A DNA stretch of 64,000 nt from Entomortierella parvispora E1425. Taxonomy: Eukaryota > Fungi > Mortierellomycota. Shown piece by piece: positions 58,439 to 64,000 of this stretch (position 1 is the stretch's first letter; the number at the start of each line of letters is the position of its first letter). The DNA is taken from assembly GCA_020891255.1 (NCBI GenBank), contig BQFW01000004.1, forward strand, positions 1,550,001 through 1,614,000, given 5' to 3'. The notes under the pieces were generated by a model, which worked only from the letters and a program-made list of their open reading frames with translations, was not told the DNA's origin and searched no databases. The position numbers were made by a program, and so were the translations under genes.

Positions 58439-58510
58439 GGCTTAATGGTCTAGTCGTATGATTCTCGCTTTGGGTGCGAGAGGTCCCGGGTTCAATTCCC
58501 GGTTGAGCCC
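58439..58510 (+). tRNA. tRNA-Pro (anticodon TGG), identical to the 56086-56157 copy
   Basis: 72-nt cloverleaf with B-box GGTTCAATTCCC, followed by CATCTTTTTG. Confidence 0.95.
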
Positions 58511-58514
58511 CATC

Positions 58515-58528
58515 TTTTTGTTTCTTTT
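58515..58528 (+). terminator. Pol III T-tract terminator of the right tRNA-Pro
   Basis: TTTTTGTTTCTTTT lies directly after the tRNA and is mirrored by the A-tract at about 56068-56081 for the left copy. Confidence 0.75.
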
Positions 58529-58805
58529 GGCAAAAAAGTCCTCGGACCTGGTATGTTCAGCGCGTCCATTCCTGTAAGGACTCTCTGCCCTCCCTTTTTT
58601 TTCGCCCACCCTCTGACAATGTCGTCTACCGACTGATCTCATTCTTTTACCGCCGACCTTTCAGAACCGTCTAGCAACTTTGTCACATAGGTGCCTTCCA
58701 TTTGATACAACCCACTTGGATGAAACAATAGAGGAAACATGCGAAGCCGACAGTCCGTGCAAAGCTCGAGGCTCGTTTTTCAAAAACTAGAAGAGAAAAA
58801 TGGCT

Positions 58806-61140
58806 TTATGGTGCTGAACTGGATATGGTGTGATAATGGCTACTGCTATTGCTATTGCTATTGCTGTCTCCTGCACCGGGGATCCCAGATATGGATGGAA
58901 TGGAGATCCCCTGGTTTCGTGAACGATAGGCGGTCAGTCGAGGACTCTGCGCTGCTTCCTGAACCAGACCCACGGCCGCACCACCAACCGCACTTCCAAT
59001 GGACCGGAGAACCGGCCATCCCCGTCCTGAGAGCAGACCTGGTCCATTATTGACCGAGGACGGCACACGGAAAATATCCACGTCCAAAAACGTCCAGTTC
59101 TCTGGTTGTCCCTGAGCCACATATGGAGCACGAGCCGGATCCTCATCGCCGTCGTGCTCTTCCACGCCAGAATGGGACGACTCTGACCGCCTCCGATCGC
59201 GAGAGGGGTGAGGTGGACGTCGTTGCAGGTGTGAGGAGTTCCGTCCTAGAGACTGGTGTGAATCTACGGATCCTCGGGATCCACCAACGACAGACCCAGA
59301 TCCAGACCCCGAGGTCCTCCAGTCGTGGCCATTGGTTGAAGTTGAACTTGGCATGGTTGTTTTAAGGGTATACATGCCATCCTCCTCTTCCTGGTCATCG
59401 TTCAAGATAAAGTCGTCCTCCATCGCCCCCATGTTGCCCGCGACCGCGTCTTGGAGCTGCAATCCGCCCCAAACAGGGGGCTCTTCTTCTCGACGTGATT
59501 GAATGACCGCAATCAAGTTATCCACGTTGAGATCAAAAGGGTCTTGACCTGGACACCATAACAAGTACTCGTTTTGATCCACTGGTTCCACTTGTTTCCT
59601 GAGAGGATCGGACTTGAAGTCCAAGCCGATATTTTCAAAATCGCCATCGTCGCTCGCTGGAGACCGCAAACTGGCTTCGTCCATGCTACTGTCAATGTGA
59701 GCACCGGGTTCGGGTCGTCTGGCGACATTCGAGGCATAGTTGGTATAACGTCCCAGGTTCGGTGCCTTGCAGCAGGCCAAAAGATTCTCCAGGGTATTGG
59801 TGGCATTGGCGAGCGTGATATGCACGCCTTGCGAGTGACAGAGGTAAGCAATGTTGTAGTTGAGATAGCCCAATCCTGCTGCAAACTGATGAAGGTTCTT
59901 TTCCGAGAGAAAGAGTGGCGCCCGTTTGGAACCTCCGGTGAAAGCAGCTTGGATATAGTTTTGCGATTGTCTTGTAAAAGTGTCATACGGCAGTTTGATC
60001 CCGAGGTAGCACGCCACCAGTGTCATCATGTGAATGACATTTTCAATCGTTGTATTAATCTCGTCTCGGTCATAATCTATTCCACAGAAAGGAAAAAAGG
60101 TGTTAAAACACTGCCACAATTCTCATGATACCTCGTGGCTCGCCTAGAACGAAACGACTCTTTCCTTACTTTCAAAATATCCTGTCGGTAACGGTCTTCC
60201 AACAATCAAGTATTCGTTCCAAGAATCTTCCTCAAGATAATCCCGAACACGAAGCTTTGTAGATCTCCGTCGTGCAGTTTTCCCAGATGACCCAGACACG
60301 GCCGTTTTCCCAGTAGATCCAGATATGACCGTGGTCCCTGAGAGCGCCGTGCTATTCGAGAGTATGCTTTGATCCAGGTCATAAGTCGGACTCTGACGCC
60401 TTCGTTCCGGGACGCATTTCAGATCAAATAGAGTAACGAGTTCTGCGACAAGGACCCTACGAGAATGGCCCAGCTTTTCATGAGTCGATGCCCATCGTTC
60501 CTCCGTCCTTGCAATCGATCGTTTAATTTTTGGAGGACCGTTCATTTTGGCTACCTCGAACCGCGCCATGGATAGTTTCAAGGTCTCTTTGCGCTGGTTC
60601 AACGTAGTTCTGAGTCTCACCAGATTCTGTCTATCTAAAAGAGCAAAACCAAGCACCGAGAACGAATGGTGTTACTAGGGGGTGGAGAAAGGCTGTAAGG
60701 GGTGGGTGTGCACGGTCCAGCAAGCAATCCCAGGAGAGTTTTTTTACCATGTTCTAGGTCTACCAAGAGGAGTCGTCTTTCCTCTGCCACCGCGGCAGCA
60801 TGCTCGGCAGCCATGGCGCGTTGTGCTAGGCACATTTGATATCGTTTGATCTTTGGGTTTAGAACTTGATTTGCCTGGGCCGCGAGTTGGTCGCGCTCTT
60901 CTGTGGCGGCCTTCAAGTCTGCCCAGTGCTGACGCAAGCTACAGATAGCGCAGCGTTAGTCAATGTAGTGAGAGAGAAAGAAAGAAAAAAGAGCGAGGGT
61001 GGACATGGGGAGAAGAGTAGTGTGCTTGCAAGTCGTACATACTATGAACGAACACATTGCTTGCATGTGTATGAAGAAGAGCCTTGCAAATGGCAAACGC
61101 CACATTGCACCCTGGGCAAGTTGCTGCTTGGTAGGTCCAT
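58806..61140 (-). CDS. ATG14: Autophagy protein Atg14-like PI3K complex subunit (multi-exon)
   Basis: First exon MDLPSSNLPRVQCGVCHLQGSSSYTCKQCV carries a CxxC pair. Coiled-coil exons follow, then the BATS-upstream-like block HMMTLVACYLGIKLPY...FAAGLGYLNYNIAYLCHSQGV. UVRAG/Vps38 is not fully excluded. Confidence 0.72.
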
Positions 61141-61446
61141 GGGCGGTGTTTGCACCTGTGCCGTTGGATAGGGGAGGTGCTGTTTCTGTGGCTAGAAGAA
61201 ATACTCGAGAGGGAGAAGGTATGGAATGAGGAAGAGAGGAAAGATGCATGGTCACCATGCGCGGACGGTGTGGGCAAGTCAAGCAAAGGGTCCAAAAAAA
61301 AAAAAAAAAAAAAAAAATCCCGTGACACGTCCCTTTTCGGAAAAAGTGGTGGCGGTTGCTTTGCTCATTCATTCGTTTCTGTTTTTGCATTGCAGATCTG
61401 CTTTTCGTTGGTCTGCATGCATTCATCACTCTCAACAACGCCAGCC

Positions 61447-63206
61447 ATGAACACCGCATCAAATGCACCGCCGTTGCCGACCTACAACCAGGTGACCAAG
61501 CACAACTTGGCGGCGATGCAGCCCATGATTGTCCAGCTGCTTAAGCAAGCTACCTTCCTCGCCCTCGACGCAGAGTTTACAGGACTGGGTTCCAACCCCC
61601 AGACAACCCGGGCAAAGGACATCCAGGAGCGTTACCAGCACCTTTGTGGACTGGCAAAGAGTCATGCCATGGTGGCTTTCGGACTTTCCATCTTTATTCG
61701 TGTAGAGCCATCCTCTGCTCAAGGACAAAGCGAAGATACAGATTCGCGAAAGCGTGCCTACAAAATCCATAATTTCAACTTTTCAATGCTGAGTGAGGTA
61801 CAACCTTGCCGTTGCCTGTTTTTTTCAAACCCATGTTGACTCAAGGGAGCAGCGAAACTTACCTGGTCTTTTTTGTTTCTTATTCGATAGAATGATTACA
61901 TGGTCAGTCCCAACAGCATGGTGTTTTTGGCTGAGAACGGACTGGATCTGAACCAATGGGTGCTGGAAGGCATTCCTTATTCAGGAGGCAGCCGAGAGGT
62001 ACCACTTTGTACAAAAAAGAGGCGCCCGCTTTAAGGATACATTATTTTGTCCGCATGCTGATATAGAGAGAACCACTTCTTTTGAACGCTACTAGACAAA
62101 CGATGGCGGGCGAGGAAACCCCAACGGGATCATGCGATCCATCTTTAAACGTATCATGTCGCGTCGCGTCCCTGTCGTAGTCCACAACGGGTTCTTGGAT
62201 TTGATCTTTTTATACCACAGGTACAGCGGCGAACACTGAGAAGCAGGAAGATGAAACAAGCGCGTTGGTTCCTCACATTGCTAATGACTATTATCTTCCT
62301 CTCATAGTTTTTACGCTGACCTGCCTCCCAAGTTGTCGACATTCGTGGCGGATCTATCGGACATGTTTGAGGGTGGCATCTTTGATACAAAGTACATTTC
62401 CGACTATGTTACACGGGAGCGGTCCAGTTTCTTGGCGTATCTGTTCCGGAAGTATGAAAGGGCTGACATCCGAGCCAAGGAACCTGTGAACCCAGCAGGT
62501 GTTGTAAATAAGCAAATATTCTCTGATTTCTCGGTACAAGAGGCTTTGCCCGTCCCCTCGCGGCCGCCAGGACCCTCGTCCACTTCAAGAAAGAGGGGCA
62601 AGCAAGGACGGGAGAGCACATCAGAATATTGCGAAGACTATGCTGTAAGTTGAACCATTCTTACAGTTGCCAAAAAAAAAAAGAGGAGGGATGAAGTTCC
62701 TGGAGCTAACAGTCTTATGTTTTGATTCGCAATAGTTCCATGGCGTTTGCAAGCAAAAGATGAAATGTGGAAAGTCGCACGACCTGGATGTGATTCTTGA
62801 TGCAGAGGAGGCGCGACTGAACTCCAAAAAAAGAAAAGGCAACAAAGATGACGCGATACCATCAGCTCCAGAGTCATCCACAGAGGAAGTTGCAGCGGAT
62901 GAAGTAGCGACTTCAAGTGACGGCGCGGCGACGCCCACCAATGAAGTGACCTTAATCAATGAAGCTGTGCCATCAACACCACCAGCTGTGGCTGTCTCCA
63001 GCGAAAAGTTCCATTCGGCCTACTTTGATGCCTTTATGACCGGAGCTGTATTTAGTCATCAATTGAATGCACACTCTCCGGAGAAAATACAGGCCGAGTC
63101 CATCAACAAGGTCTATCTCATTGGCAAGGATATCCCTCTCAAGCTTGAAAAGAGTGCTTTCACAAAGTACAGCCCTGAACACGAGCGTCAGCGAGCCTTG
63201 AGATGA
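61447..63206 (+). CDS. TOE1: CAF1-family DEDD deadenylase with CCCH finger, TOE1-like (multi-exon)
   Basis: FLALDAEFTGLG, VPVVVHNGFLDL, IFDTKY, the spliced C-x8-C-x5-C-x3-H finger (CEDYA/FHGVCKQKMKCGKSH), and HSAYFDAFMTG. Confidence 0.8.
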
Positions 63207-63242
63207 ATAAAATAGTCAAGACGTTTATTACATCAAAAGTGT

Positions 63243-64000
63243 TCAAAAAAAGTTGGGTTTGCCACCAAGAGCAGCCCGTTGTTCCGCTTTTGCCTAGAAG
63301 ACCATACCATATAAAGTACAACAGAGGGGTCAGGACCATGACATGTCAATCTCAGATTCAGAAAAAGACTCCAAGTGCAAGCATCACATACCGTAAAGAA
63401 TGCTCGCACATCCTCCTCAGTGACGACCTTCCCTTGCTCTGAGAATGGTGCCAAAAAGCTGCGAATCTCATCCCGCATCTTGCTGTAGGCCAGCATACCG
63501 TCCATCATTTGTACTCGGTCCATCTCGCTGAGTTTCTTCATACCGCTCTCCAAGATGGACGATTCTTCATCTTCGTCCTCATCGTCCTCATAGATGGCCT
63601 CTTCTCCGAGGATAAACGGAACATTTTCCTTTGTATAAAGCGCCAGGCATGACGGACATTGGCACAAGAGATCCCGCCAGCCTTCAGTCGCAAAGAGATT
63701 CACTTCTTGCTCCGGATATGCATCCTCAGGCTGAAGATCCAACTTGCATGGACCCACAGAGTCCACCTCCAACTTGACTCTTTTGCTTGAGCTCTCTGAC
63801 GTTTCTTCCTTCTTGAGAGGATCCTTGTCCTTGTCCTGGTCCTGATCTGTTACCTCAAGTGAGCGCTTCACATGAACAGTTGTGTTGGTAGCTGTGGTCG
63901 ACGTGGACGAGGAGGAGTTTTCAGCTGTTTCTGTTTTGGTTGTTGTTTCTGTTGTTCTTGTCACAGTCGGGATGGTAGAGGAATCGGCTGTGTCAAGGTT
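63243..64000 (-). CDS. UBR7: UBR7-like E3 ligase, C-terminal part (runs off the right edge)
   Basis: LFATEGWRDLLCQCPSCL...MDRVQMMDGMLAYSKMRDEIRSFLAPF...KVVTEEDVRAFF. The intron from 63391 leads to a short last exon ending at TGA 63243. Confidence 0.8.

Overview
This is eukaryotic, intron-rich fungal DNA. The gene set (Crinkler effector, kelch-TM receptor, F-box/LRR, double-PAS protein) points to Mortierellaceae/Mucoromycota, which is an inference. Most of the window is housekeeping genes: Aladin, a thioesterase, a bHLH factor, NOL10/ENP2, a PPR protein, RSM18, SNAPC1, a DNF1-like flippase, a SLY41-like transporter, ATG14, TOE1 and UBR7. Two regions stand out. (1) An accessory island at about 8.9-22.3 kb is bracketed by two decayed paralogous Stealth-family gene fragments. 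It holds an intact Crinkler (ubiquitin-like N-terminus + AAA + nuclease fold), a dead DD34E Tc1/IS630 transposase, a 19-20 bp tandem array, and an apparently intact 7-exon Fanzor (eukaryotic TnpB-like RNA-guided nuclease) of about 1,650 aa. The Fanzor keeps all three RuvC catalytic residues and has a very large N-terminal extension. (2) A kelch-repeat membrane protein gene at about 56-58.6 kb is enclosed by two identical, outward-facing tRNA-Pro(TGG) genes. Their flanks are also homologous and carry CACGTG palindromes. All exon joins and motifs were read by hand; no database searches were run.
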